A stretch of DNA of 64,000 nucleotides from a bacterium (GCA_963663405.2 CAXXSM010000073.1:1-64000); one strand, 5' to 3'. Shown: positions 18,346 through 28,427, counted from the first letter of the stretch. Numbers and translations are program-made. Notes: generated from the sequence alone by a model not told the origin.

Positions 18346-20991
18346 CTATTTCACATTCGCCACAATCTCTTTCACCTTCTCAAACGCCGCGGGGATTTTG
18401 GAAGGATCTTTGCCTCCCGCTTGCGCGCGGTTTTTGCGTCCACCGCCACCGCCGCCGGTGATCTTGGCGATCTCTTTGACGATCTTTCCCGCGTCCAGGC
18501 GGTCCGTTAGGTCGTCACTGACAGCGCAGATGATCGTTACTTTCCCATCACCAGGAGCGGCCAGTGTGGCCACTCGTTTCTTAGCGCCTTCGATCAACGA
18601 ATCCATCGCCGACTGTATCTCGTCTCGTCCGCTGCCGAGGATTTCTCTGGTTAGCACAGTAATGCCGTTGATTTCTTCCGCGCCCTCAAGGAGATCGGTT
18701 GTTTCACCTTTGAGCAGTTTTTGTTTGAGTTCCCGGTTTTCCTTTTCGAGATTTTTCAACTGTTCTTGCAAGCGTTGGATACGATCCGGCGCTTCTTCCG
18801 GCGCGGTTTTGAACTGCAGCGCGATGGAGCGAAGCAACGCGCATTCTTGCTGTGTGTGTTCGATGGCGCGCGCTCCTGAAAGCGCTTCGATCCGGCGGTT
18901 GCCGGCGGAGATTGAGCTCTCTGCGAGAATGCGCACAGAGCCGATTTCTCCTGTCGCACGCACATGGGTTCCACCGCAGAGTTCGAGGCTGACCGAATTA
19001 GTGTCATTCGCTCCCGCAATCTCAACCATTCGAACCCGGTCTCCATATTTTTCCCCAAACAGCGCCATCGCGCCCCGTTCTTGCGCTTCTTTTAATGACG
19101 CAATGTTTGTTTGAACCGGATGGTTTTCATAAATCCACCGGTTGATTTTCTCTTCCACACTCCGCAGTTCGTCTGGTTTCATCGCTTCATAATGCGTGAA
19201 GTCAAACCGGAATGAATCCGGATTCACCAACGAACCGGATTGTTTCACATGTCCGCCTAATGCCGATCGAAGGGCCGCCTGCAGCAAGTGCGTGGCGGTA
19301 TGATTTCGCATGATTGAACGCCGGTTTTCTTGATCCACCACCAACTGGACTGTGTCTTTATCATGAACGGTTCCACGTTCGATAATACCAAAGTGGACAT
19401 AAACGCCTGACGCGGTTTTTCTTGTTGTTTCAATACGAATGAGCAGATCATTTTCTCCCGCGCCTTCAATGGTTCCTTTATCGCCGACCTGTCCGCCTGA
19501 TTCCGCATAGAACGGTGTCTTCTCAACCACGATCTCCACTTCCTGTCCAGCGGGCGCTGTTTCGATCGGTTTGTTATTGTGATACAACGCTAATATCCGG
19601 CTCTCTCCAGCCATCGATTCGTACCCGGTGAATTCAGTGGGGGGAACGCCGATTTCGATTTCGACTTTCGTTTCACCCGATCCGCGCCAAGCCGCCTGCG
19701 CCCGTTTCCGCTGTTCTTCCATACAAGCGTCGAAACCGGTTTCGTCGTATCCCTTAAATCCTCGTTCTTGAAGAATCTCGTGAGTTAAATCCGAGGGAAA
19801 TCCATAGGTATCGTAGAGAGTAAACGCTTTATCGCCTGCTAAAATGTTCTTCCCCGAATTTGATAGATCTTCAATCATGTCTCCAAGCATGACCAATCCA
19901 CGGTTGAGCGTAGCGCGGAACGCGTCTTCCTCAGCGGAAGCGATCCGTCGGGTGAAGGAGAGATTCTCCGCCAAATCGGGGTATTCTTTTCGATTGACGT
20001 CCACTACGATTTCCATCGCGGGCGCCAATAAATTCTCTTCCAGTCCCAATACTAGACCATGCCGGATCGCCCGCCGCATGATCCGCCGCAGTACATAGCC
20101 CCGGCCCGTATTGGCGGGCATGACGTTGTCGGTCAGAACGAATGTTGTAGCGCGGATATGATCCGCCAGAACTCGGAACGAAACATCGCGTTTCTTGTCA
20201 TCATGAAATTTGAAGCCGGTTTTTTCTTCAAAATACTGGATGATAGGTTTCAGGGTGTCGGTGTCGAAGTTGGATTGCACGCCCTGCATGATGCACGCCA
20301 TCCGTTCTAAACCTAAACCTGTGTCAATATTTTTGCGATCGAGCGGGGGCAGGCTTCCATCCGGTTGGCGGTCGTATTGGGTAAAAACGAGATTCCAGTA
20401 TTCCAAATACCGGTCACAGTCACAACCGGGCGCACATTCGGGTTTCCCACAGCCTACACCCGGCCCTTGATCGAAATACAATTCGGAACAGGGGCCCGAA
20501 GGACCAAGTGTGCCTTTTGAAGGCCAGAAATTATCTTTTTCACCCAACCGGATTAAACGATTTTCCGGTAGATCCGTCTCTTGTTTCCAGATTGCCGCCG
20601 ATTCTTCATCCTTTTCATAAATCGTTCCCCACAGCCTGTTCACGGGCAGTTTCATTTCTTCAAGAGAAAACTCCCACGCCCAGCGGATGGCCTCTTGTTT
20701 AAAATAATCGCCGAACGAAAAATTACCCAGCATTTCAAAGAAGGTATGGTGGCGTTCCGTATACCCGACATTCTCGATATCGCTCGTGCGGAAGCATTTC
20801 TGGCATGTCGTCGCCCGTTTCAGGGTGTCTCCCATTTCACCGCGGAAATAGGGCTTGAATTGCACCATCCCGGCGCTGCTGAATAAAAGTGTCGGATCAT
20901 TACGCGGAACTAGAGAATCGCTGGGCCAGGCTTCGTGGCCCCGGGAGACGAAAAATTCACGATACCGATCGCGGATTTCCTGTGTTTTCAT
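18346..20991 (-). CDS. alaS: Alanine--tRNA ligase
   Basis: DPTLLF..AGM..FK, HHTFFEMLGNFSFGDYFK, WNLVF, HTATHLL, ELCGGTHV, GGGGG..AQAGG. Confidence 0.98.
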   Translation of the reverse strand: MKTQEIRDRYREFFVSRGHEAWPSDSLVPRNDPTLLFSSAGMVQFKPYFRGEMGDTLKRATTCQKCFRTSDIENVGYTERHHTFFEMLGNFSFGDYFKQEAIRWAWEFSLEEMKLPVNRLWGTIYEKDEESAAIWKQETDLPENRLIRLGEKDNFWPSKGTLGPSGPCSELYFDQGPGVGCGKPECAPGCDCDRYLEYWNLVFTQYDRQPDGSLPPLDRKNIDTGLGLERMACIMQGVQSNFDTDTLKPIIQYFEEKTGFKFHDDKKRDVSFRVLADHIRATTFVLTDNVMPANTGRGYVLRRIMRRAIRHGLVLGLEENLLAPAMEIVVDVNRKEYPDLAENLSFTRRIASAEEDAFRATLNRGLVMLGDMIEDLSNSGKNILAGDKAFTLYDTYGFPSDLTHEILQERGFKGYDETGFDACMEEQRKRAQAAWRGSGETKVEIEIGVPPTEFTGYESMAGESRILALYHNNKPIETAPAGQEVEIVVEKTPFYAESGGQVGDKGTIEGAGENDLLIRIETTRKTASGVYVHFGIIERGTVHDKDTVQLVVDQENRRSIMRNHTATHLLQAALRSALGGHVKQSGSLVNPDSFRFDFTHYEAMKPDELRSVEEKINRWIYENHPVQTNIASLKEAQERGAMALFGEKYGDRVRMVEIAGANDTNSVSLELCGGTHVRATGEIGSVRILAESSISAGNRRIEALSGARAIEHTQQECALLRSIALQFKTAPEEAPDRIQRLQEQLKNLEKENRELKQKLLKGETTDLLEGAEEINGITVLTREILGSGRDEIQSAMDSLIEGAKKRVATLAAPGDGKVTIICAVSDDLTDRLDAGKIVKEIAKITGGGGGGRKNRAQAGGKDPSKIPAAFEKVKEIVANVK

Positions 20992-21243
20992 CGTACCACC
21001 TTTTTCGGATTGTGGATTGGGACATCGATTGATGGAAAGGAATTCGACAATCCAATTCAAAACGATAAGCTATATAGTTTAAATGATTGTATGGATGTGG
21101 GCAATGTCTTTAGACGCGCCTTGTCCTTTTGGAACAGGAACGTACTTCTGATTCCTTGATTTAACAAAGCAAGATTCCATAATATACTGTGGTAAAAGAA
21201 TAGTCTTCTTCAATACTCCATCATAGAAAGGTTAGGACATCTG

Positions 21244-21825
21244 ATGAATCCAAAAGGATTTACCTTGATTGAATTGTTGATCGTAGTTGCGATCATCGGT
21301 ATTTTAGCGGCGATCGCGGTTCCGAATTTTTTGAACGCCCAGATGCGGGCCAAAATTGCGAACGCGCAAGCCGATATGCAGAGTTTAAATACGGCTTTGG
21401 AGAGTTATAAGATTGATAATAATTTTTATCCGATCTGGTGTACCGAAAGCGGCACCAACAAAAATCCCGTCAACCGGCGGTTGATCCCCTTGACCACACC
21501 AGTATCGTACATGTCCTCCGTCCCGCAAGATCCCTTCATCTATGGCCCTCCCGGCGCCCGTGTTGATGAAGGACAAGATGCAGCTTACGTCACCTATGAC
21601 TATGTGGACGCGTGGGGCACAGTCAATTATCAAGGCGCGACCGGATTGGCAAATTCCTTCCGGTGTTCAGAATGGCGGGTCGCCAGCGCAGGTCCCGATG
21701 GTACGATGACCTACGGTTCCATCCCCACCTTCGACCCCTCCAACGGCCTCAACAGCCAAGGGGATCTTGTCCGAACCGGCCCCCGGACGTCCTATCCTTG
21801 TGACGCTTCACTGGTTGGGAAATAA
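21244..21825 (+). CDS. Prepilin-type N-terminal cleavage/methylation domain protein
   Basis: G|FTLIELLIVVAIIGILAAIAVPNFLNAQ; LTTPVSY, DPF, YDY, SAGPD, SNGLxSxGD. Confidence 0.92.
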   Translation: MNPKGFTLIELLIVVAIIGILAAIAVPNFLNAQMRAKIANAQADMQSLNTALESYKIDNNFYPIWCTESGTNKNPVNRRLIPLTTPVSYMSSVPQDPFIYGPPGARVDEGQDAAYVTYDYVDAWGTVNYQGATGLANSFRCSEWRVASAGPDGTMTYGSIPTFDPSNGLNSQGDLVRTGPRTSYPCDASLVGK

Positions 21826-21867
21826 GCGGCGTGGATTATCTATTTTGCAAAACTCGGTGGATTTCTG

Positions 21868-23001
21868 ATGAGAATTGAGCAGTTTGAGTATCATGACAAA
21901 GCCAACGACTGGAGACTGGAGAGAGTTTCGTTCTCTGATTTAACCCTCCTTGTGGGAGTCTCCGGCGTTGGAAAAACGCAGATTCTCCGCTCTTTACTCA
22001 ACATCAAAAGGATTGCTGAAGGAAAATCTCTTAATGGTGTTCAATGGGAAATTGTTTTTTCTACGAAAGATGAGCATAGATATCATTGGCGTGGGGAGTT
22101 CGAAACCAAAGAGCACTTTGTATCTGACAGAATTGAGGTGTTGGATGAACGAGAAGCGACACAACATGATGAGCCAAAAATTATATCAGAATCACTTATT
22201 AAAGATGAAAAAGAAATAGTGAGTCGAACGCAGAAAGAGATTTATCTAGACGGGACAAAAACACCGAAACTATCACCCACAAAAAGCATTATTAATCTAT
22301 TAAATCAAGAGGACAGTATTCTGCCCGCAAGTCAAGCCTTCCACAGGATACTAGATAGTGACACAAAGATTTCGCATCATATCCTTGATATTTTGAGATT
22401 CGAGAAACTATGCGATAAATATAATACCATAGAAAAGATTCAAGCGAGTGATCTTAATACTCAATTCAAATTGGCACTTGTGTACAAATTACAGCCTAAG
22501 GTATTCGAGAAGATTAGAGATAGATTTCTTGAGATATTCCCACAAGTAACAGATGTAAAAGTTGAACCCCGTAAGGAAGATATTCCTTTTTTCATTCCTA
22601 TTATACAAATACGAGAAGCAGGTGTCTCAAATTGGATTGGAGAAGGAAAAATATCTTCCGGCATGATACGCACCATATTTCATATCGCTGAGTTGTATTT
22701 GTGGCCAGAGGGAACCGTAATCCTAATCGATGAGTTCGAAAACAGCCTAGGTGTTAACTGTATCGATGTATTAACGGAAGATCTTCTCAAACATCCAAGA
22801 AGAGTACAGTTCATTATTACGAGTCATCATCCTTATATAATTAACAACATCGGCCCCAAATACTGGAAAGTCGTTCGGAGAAAGGAAGGGGTAGTATCGA
22901 CGCATGACGCGGCTTCTCTTGGATTGAGTGACTCAAACCATGAGGCATTTATACAACTTATCAATAGCGACGTATATGTAGAAGGTATTGAGATACAATG
23001 A
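21868..23001 (+). CDS. ABC/AAA_21-type ATPase (defence-associated type)
   Basis: Walker A GVSGVGKT, signature ISSGM, Walker B ILIDEFEN, H-loop ITSHHP; no TM partner. Confidence 0.85.
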   Translation: MRIEQFEYHDKANDWRLERVSFSDLTLLVGVSGVGKTQILRSLLNIKRIAEGKSLNGVQWEIVFSTKDEHRYHWRGEFETKEHFVSDRIEVLDEREATQHDEPKIISESLIKDEKEIVSRTQKEIYLDGTKTPKLSPTKSIINLLNQEDSILPASQAFHRILDSDTKISHHILDILRFEKLCDKYNTIEKIQASDLNTQFKLALVYKLQPKVFEKIRDRFLEIFPQVTDVKVEPRKEDIPFFIPIIQIREAGVSNWIGEGKISSGMIRTIFHIAELYLWPEGTVILIDEFENSLGVNCIDVLTEDLLKHPRRVQFIITSHHPYIINNIGPKYWKVVRRKEGVVSTHDAASLGLSDSNHEAFIQLINSDVYVEGIEIQ

Positions 23002-23663
23002 ATGTCTATTTCCTAGTTGAAGGAAAACAGTGTGAGCGTAAATTGTACCCTATTTGGTTGTCTTATATAACACCTCATCTTCTTCAAGTCGATAATCTTG
23101 CTAGTGTGAAACAAAACAACTATGTTCTTATTAGCGCTAGAGGATTTCCTTCGATTATTGGCAATCACTTAGCAAATGCTATTCGTGATATCGAAGAGAC
23201 ACAGCGTTTTGATTTACTTGTTGTCGTTTTGGATGCGGATGAGGAAACAGTACAAGATAGGATGGAGGAAGTAAGATCAGCGGCGAAAAGAACAAAATTA
23301 AAATCCGCGCATCTTGAGGTTGTTGTACAGAATCGTTGTATTGAAACATGGCTTCTGGGAAACCGGAGGATCTTTCCTCGCCAACCACAGGAAGCCGAAT
23401 TGAGACGTTATATTGAGCATTATGATGTGCATCAACACGATCCAGAACAAATGCCTAAACATGTGGATTTCACAACTCACAGCCAATTCCATCATGCTTA
23501 TTTGAAAAGTATTTTCTATGAACGTGGAATTTCTTATTCTAAAATTCGTCCTGGCCATGCTGGTGAGAAATCCTATTTCGATCAATTAACACAACGAGTC
23601 AGTGAATCTCCAGATCATATTAAAACGTTTTCTTTTTTTCTCAGGCTATGTGAGAGTTTTTAA
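22998..23663 (+). CDS. TOPRIM-like (DUF4276/RloB-like) protein coupled to the ATPase
   Basis: FLVEGxxxE, VLDADE (DxD), CIETWLL; 4-bp ATGA overlap with the ATPase gene. Confidence 0.72.
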   Translation: MNVYFLVEGKQCERKLYPIWLSYITPHLLQVDNLASVKQNNYVLISARGFPSIIGNHLANAIRDIEETQRFDLLVVVLDADEETVQDRMEEVRSAAKRTKLKSAHLEVVVQNRCIETWLLGNRRIFPRQPQEAELRRYIEHYDVHQHDPEQMPKHVDFTTHSQFHHAYLKSIFYERGISYSKIRPGHAGEKSYFDQLTQRVSESPDHIKTFSFFLRLCESF

Positions 23664-23680
23664 AAAATCGATCTCTCCCG

Positions 23681-24493
23681 CTATTCCTCAATCATCATCT
23701 GAATCTCGGTCAGGTATTTATTTGGATTGCCGCGGAAGATCATGCCGGGGCCTTTGAGATAGATTTCGCGGGAGGGGATTTTTAGGTTGTATCCTTTTTC
23801 TTTCGCGTACGCGCCGATTTTTTCGTACGATTCTCCAAGGCGCTCGTAGGAGCCTTGGTGGATTAGGCTGATGCACTTGCCGCCCGGTAGATTGCGCACC
23901 GAGATCCCCTCCACCGGTTTGCATTCCCGGACCGGAACGCAGGATTCGATGTCCGCGTCATTTTCTTTGTATTCCGCGTCGTAATACAGGTTGAGTGGTT
24001 TCCCTCGGATATACCGCCCCATTTGACGGCAGAGTTTGGGAAACACGTTCCCACAATCGCAGTATTTCCCTTTGAACCGGATGCCTGCGATCAGCGTATC
24101 GTCAAGCGTTTTCTCTTCCACCTCGTGGGTTTGTTGGGTGCGCGCCATCTGCATCTCCTTTTCTGACTGTATGATTGTATTGAGTGTTGAAATGATCTTT
24201 GAATAATTCGAGACTTGATCTTGCAGATTCTGTTTCTGCCGTTCTAACGCGCTGATTAGATCCGCGTCGTCTTCTCCCGCTTCCAGCATCTCTTTGATAT
24301 CGGACAGGCTGAATTCAAACGATCGCAATATTCGAATTGCGCGCGCTTTTTCCGCGTTTTGATGGTTGTAATAGCGGTACCCCGTTTTGGCGTCGATCGT
24401 ATGGGGGATTAAAATTCCCTTTTCGTGATAGAGACGAAGGGATTTAACGGTTAGTCCCGTAATCCGCGAAAATTCTCCTATGCTGAATAACAT
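23681..24493 (-). CDS. MerR-family transcriptional regulator with GyrI-like effector domain
   Basis: FSIGEFSRITG...SLRLYHEKGIL...TGYRYY; HQGSYE..GESY; SREIYL. Confidence 0.92.
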   Translation of the reverse strand: MLFSIGEFSRITGLTVKSLRLYHEKGILIPHTIDAKTGYRYYNHQNAEKARAIRILRSFEFSLSDIKEMLEAGEDDADLISALERQKQNLQDQVSNYSKIISTLNTIIQSEKEMQMARTQQTHEVEEKTLDDTLIAGIRFKGKYCDCGNVFPKLCRQMGRYIRGKPLNLYYDAEYKENDADIESCVPVRECKPVEGISVRNLPGGKCISLIHQGSYERLGESYEKIGAYAKEKGYNLKIPSREIYLKGPGMIFRGNPNKYLTEIQMMIEE

Positions 24494-24536
24494 TTGTGTA
24501 TAAACCTTCTTGATCTCTTTGCGATCATTTTTCAAC

Positions 24537-24567
24537 ACTATAGACCCTGCCCTAGGGGGAGAGTCAA
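24537..24567 (-). promoter_or_regulatory. MerR-type promoter/operator: TTGACT-N19-TATAGT with a dyad in the spacer
   Basis: 19-bp spacer and imperfect palindrome GACTCTCCCCCTAGGGCAGGGTC directly upstream of the MerR gene. Confidence 0.8.
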
Positions 24568-24624
24568 GTGTGTTTATTCAGTTTTGTTCAAATTTAACAT
24601 TTACAGTACTCCACATACAAAGTG

Positions 24625-24651
24625 AGGGCGTGGTCAATTCACCACGCCCCT
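24625..24651 (-). terminator. Intrinsic terminator after the oxidoreductase gene
   Basis: gggcgtggt-caattc-accacgccc hairpin. Confidence 0.6.
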
Positions 24652-24675
24652 AGTATCTATAAAGATATACGAAGA

Positions 24676-25899
24676 TTACAGTTTAATATCCGCTTTGTAC
24701 CCTTCATTCTCTTGGATCATTTCATCCCATGTGAGGGTTGCGCCCTGATAGGCGGCGGTTCGGCCCAGCACGCCTGTTAGGGTGCTTTCAACGGCGTCCT
24801 GCCCATGATTGACATAGTCTCCTGTCCGGATTCCATTTACGAAATCTTTAACATTATTATCGATGCCCGAATCCCATGTGTTATCCCGGTCTGTTCCCGG
24901 CCAAGGATTGTCTCCCGTAATACGAACCGGCCCCTGCCCCCAATTCGCGCCGCAGTAATGAGATTCCGCCGTGCCTTCCGTGCCATAAACGCGCACGCAG
25001 AGGTCGTTAAATCCCTTTGTGAACTGTCCGGAACTAAAATCGATCTTGATATCGTTTGGATACCAATAGGTAACGATGAAATGATCCCAGCAGTTCCCCA
25101 CATCAACCCGCGATTTCCGCCCGCCCGTTCCATGCGCTTTGATGGGGTGCGATCCAGCGTACCAGTTGGCGACGTCGATCACATGAACGTTCTGTTCGAC
25201 GATAATGTCACCGGATAGGGCGATATCAAACACCCAATTCCGCAGTTTCGCCTCACCCGCTGACATACCTTCTTTATCTTGCCTTCCCAATCGGCCAGTG
25301 TGATAGAAACACTGCCCGCAGACGAGTTTCCCGATATCCCCACGGTGAACGCGTTTCATAATCTCTTTAAAATTGGGGCTGTTTCGGGTTTGGAAATCGA
25401 CGAGGAAATTGCCTTTGCCTTTCATTTTCTTGGAACATTCGAGAATGCGCAGATTACCGGGCACATCCACCGCGACCGGTTTCGCCATCCAGATGTGTTT
25501 TCCCGCTTTTACCGCCGCTTCCACATGATCCGGATGGAAGTAGGGTGGACTCGTGACCGCCACCGCGTCGATTCCGGAATCGATCAGATCGTGATACGCG
25601 TCGAGTCCTTGATAACAGCGTGATTTCGGCACATCGAACCGGTCTTGGATGATTCCCAACCGGTCCGCAAATGGATCCTGCGCGGCGGCGATGTGGATAT
25701 CTTTTTCGGCGTTTTGGAGCATTTTTCGCGCGACAAAATTACCGCGTCCACCGCTGCCGAGAATGCCCACTTCGATTTTCGAATTGGCGGCAGAGCCATA
25801 CACCGCCTGCGCTTTCACAATAGCGATCCCCGAAACTCCCGCCGTGGCGTTCTTGATAAACGCCCGCCGGTCTTGATTTTTAGTCGATGACGTCTTCAT
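24676..25899 (-). CDS. Gfo/Idh/MocA-family oxidoreductase, Tat-exported
   Basis: DRRAFIK Tat motif; GILGSGGRG; AKPVAVD; SGDIIVEQNVHVID. Confidence 0.9.
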   Translation of the reverse strand: MKTSSTKNQDRRAFIKNATAGVSGIAIVKAQAVYGSAANSKIEVGILGSGGRGNFVARKMLQNAEKDIHIAAAQDPFADRLGIIQDRFDVPKSRCYQGLDAYHDLIDSGIDAVAVTSPPYFHPDHVEAAVKAGKHIWMAKPVAVDVPGNLRILECSKKMKGKGNFLVDFQTRNSPNFKEIMKRVHRGDIGKLVCGQCFYHTGRLGRQDKEGMSAGEAKLRNWVFDIALSGDIIVEQNVHVIDVANWYAGSHPIKAHGTGGRKSRVDVGNCWDHFIVTYWYPNDIKIDFSSGQFTKGFNDLCVRVYGTEGTAESHYCGANWGQGPVRITGDNPWPGTDRDNTWDSGIDNNVKDFVNGIRTGDYVNHGQDAVESTLTGVLGRTAAYQGATLTWDEMIQENEGYKADIKL

Positions 25900-25993
25900 A
25901 GCGCATATCCTTTCTAAAAACGCGAGCGTCTCACCCGCAAAAATAATATAGTCTCTTTCGGTCAGTTTGTACGTTTCTTATACAGTCCACTCA

Positions 25994-26169
25994 CTTTTAT
26001 GGGAATATTCAAAGCCCTGCGCTGCTATACAGGATATTTATTGTCTGAACCTTGATTTTCTTGATTCGCTTGATTTTCTTGATTCTTAATCATGGTAATC
26101 TTATAATCTTTTGAATCATGGTTCAGACGATTAAATAATCCTGAACATAGAACGTAATTCCCGTAAAAG
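25994..26169. repeat. Nested inverted-repeat element with short TTGATT-periodic repeats
   Basis: Outer IR cttttatgggaat / attcccgtaaaag; inner IR caggat..ttattgtctgaacc / ggttcagacg..aaataatcctg; ttgattttc/ttgattcgc units inside. Confidence 0.7.
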
Positions 26170-26228
26170 ATTTTTATACTCAATTGCTTGATGATCCATA
26201 AAAGTTATCTTTCAAGGTAATAATCGAT

Positions 26229-26702
26229 TCACGATTCTCCTTCTAAATACAACATCAATCCCGCGTTCAATTTTCGCGCCCGTTCCGCGGTTCTATCCGC
26301 GGGAATCTCGCGGTAGATATCTGTAATATCCCCAGCTTTCTGTTGTATTCGCTGACAAAATTCACGCGCTGTCATCTGGGCGCCTTCATGTAGATCCAAT
26401 TTTTGACACCAGCGGCGGTCGATCAATAAATTCCATTCCCGTTTGGAAGAAGGGGCTTCGGGGCGGTAGGAGGTGTCAATCGTATCGACACATTTGCCAT
26501 TGATGTTATGTTTGCATGGCAGGCAGATCGCGTCGGCTCCGAGTTCAATTTGAAGCGTGATCTCTTTACATTCTAAAATCCGTTTGGCGGCTGTATGAAC
26601 CGCGTGACCGTATGGATGTGGCTCAAACACAGTTTTTCCATCGCCAAACGCAGTGATGATATCAACGAAATGATGAGGTTTGATGGATAAGATATTCTGC
26701 AT
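26229..26702 (-). CDS. DUF1284-like metal-binding protein
   Basis: KPHH...D.ICLPC...C pattern; last gene of the URO-D/SSS operon. Confidence 0.55.
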   Translation of the reverse strand: MQNILSIKPHHFVDIITAFGDGKTVFEPHPYGHAVHTAAKRILECKEITLQIELGADAICLPCKHNINGKCVDTIDTSYRPEAPSSKREWNLLIDRRWCQKLDLHEGAQMTAREFCQRIQQKAGDITDIYREIPADRTAERARKLNAGLMLYLEGES

Positions 26703-26717
26703 TTTGTATACCTTCTT

Positions 26718-28346
26718 CTACCGGAAAATAATAAACAAACTGGTGGAGGCGGCGATCATTATCAGCCACCAGAACATCAAATTTCTTCCACCCCGGTTTA
26801 ATGTGTGTTCCCCCTGCGGAAGCCGCGCCCATTGCGTGTTCCATATCGCGTCGGGATCGTATTGTTCTTCTGGATTCCGTTTAATCAGCCATGTTGACGC
26901 AATCATCGCCATCGCGCATAATCCCCAACTGATCGCGGCGCGGTTCAGCAGTGGTTCGATCCAGCTGAGAGTCTCCCGCTCATTTAGTTGTGAGAAAACA
27001 AACAGGGCGATTCCTGCTGCGATCCCAAAAAACAGCGTAAAGGTCGCGGCGCGGCCATGCGCCCGGCGCCAGAAAAACGCCGCCAGAAAAATGACGGTAA
27101 TCGGGGGCGCGAACAACGCGGCTAAATTCTGAATGTAAATGAATAATCCGCTTTCCCACTGCATCAAAAACGGCGCCAGCAGCGTTCCTAAAACAATAAT
27201 GAGGAACGTTGACCAGCGGCCGACTCCAACCAACTGCTCTTCCGTAGCGTCTTTTTGAAGATACCGTTTGTGCACATCCATCGACCAAATTGTCGATGAG
27301 GAATTGAGCACACTCGAAACGGTGCTCATGATCGCCGCAATCAACGCCGCCAATAAAACGCCTTTGCCGATTGGATGAAGCAGGTCGTTGATCATCGTCA
27401 CATACACCGCGTCTCTGTTCTCCATAAAGACCGGACCATACTTCGCGAAAGCCACCAATCCTGGGAACACAATAATCAGGGGCAGAAAGATCTTTAAAAA
27501 CGCGCAGCCGATTACACCCATTTTCGCGTCCCATTCGCTTTTCGCGCCGAGACAGCGTTGAATGTAAAACTGATTTGTGCCGACATACCATAGGGAAAGG
27601 GTAAACCAGAACGTGGCGACGCCGGTCCAAGGGGAGAGTTCATGATCGGCTGGAAGGATCAGTTTAAACCGGTCGCTGTCCGCCGCTAAATTGGTCTCGA
27701 TTACTTTTTGAAAGCCACCGGTGTCTTGCAGGCCAAGAACGAGAAGAATCGCGCCCCCCGTCACGAGAATCAACACCTGTAGAACATCAGTCCAGACCAC
27801 AGACAGCAGCCCTCCATAGATACAATACGCGGCGGTCGCGGCGGCGATTAGAAACACGCATCCCATGAATCCCCAGTTAAACGCTTCCAGCGGCTGCTGC
27901 AAAGCCATTTCATAGAGGATCCGCCCCCCCGCATACAACGCTGGAACCAATACACCTAAGACCATATGCGATAACGTAAGAATTGCGAATACGGATCGTG
28001 TTGTTGGGGAAAAGCGGGTTTCCAAGAATTGTGGAATTGTATACAGTTTCTTCCGGTAAAAGAAAGGCAGAAAAATCCAAAGCAGTACGGAATAAGGGAT
28101 GAAATTTCCCCATTCATATGTTGCGGGCGCAAGTCCGAACACATAGGCGGAGCCGACCATTCCGATGAAATGCTCTGTGCCGATATTCGAACCCGTCATA
28201 GAGAGAGATATAGCGTACCAAGGAAGCCGCCGCCCCGCTAGGAAGTAATCATCGATCCGGTTTTTCTCTTGCCGCGCGACCCAGAATCCCAATCCCAGCG
28301 TCAAAACAAAATAAAGACTCGCTACTAATATAATAGAACTGTCCAT
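26718..28346 (-). CDS. Sodium:solute symporter (SGLT-like)
   Basis: DYFLAGR, SNIGTEHFIG, YGGLLSVVWTDVLQ, NQFYIQRCLGAK, AAIMSTVSS; many TM helices. Confidence 0.93.
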   Translation of the reverse strand: MDSSIILVASLYFVLTLGLGFWVARQEKNRIDDYFLAGRRLPWYAISLSMTGSNIGTEHFIGMVGSAYVFGLAPATYEWGNFIPYSVLLWIFLPFFYRKKLYTIPQFLETRFSPTTRSVFAILTLSHMVLGVLVPALYAGGRILYEMALQQPLEAFNWGFMGCVFLIAAATAAYCIYGGLLSVVWTDVLQVLILVTGGAILLVLGLQDTGGFQKVIETNLAADSDRFKLILPADHELSPWTGVATFWFTLSLWYVGTNQFYIQRCLGAKSEWDAKMGVIGCAFLKIFLPLIIVFPGLVAFAKYGPVFMENRDAVYVTMINDLLHPIGKGVLLAALIAAIMSTVSSVLNSSSTIWSMDVHKRYLQKDATEEQLVGVGRWSTFLIIVLGTLLAPFLMQWESGLFIYIQNLAALFAPPITVIFLAAFFWRRAHGRAATFTLFFGIAAGIALFVFSQLNERETLSWIEPLLNRAAISWGLCAMAMIASTWLIKRNPEEQYDPDAIWNTQWARLPQGEHTLNRGGRNLMFWWLIMIAASTSLFIIFR

Positions 28347-28427
28347 AACAAAGTCATTCCTTTTATCAAAAACAAATCTCGAAAGTACAATCGTATACTG
28401 TCTGGAATTCATTTAGCGCATTGTGTC

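Noticed and set aside
18398-20886. Long ORFs antisense to alaS (and similar shadow ORFs over fumC, GH2 and the transposase)
   Set aside because: Antisense or alternate-frame shadows of strong genes with no recognisable motifs
309-21825. Diversity-generating retroelement acting on the pilin C-termini
   Set aside because: No reverse transcriptase and no near-identical template/variable repeat pair seen
26041-26130. CRISPR array
   Set aside because: Repeats are about 9 bp with no unique spacers and there are no cas genes
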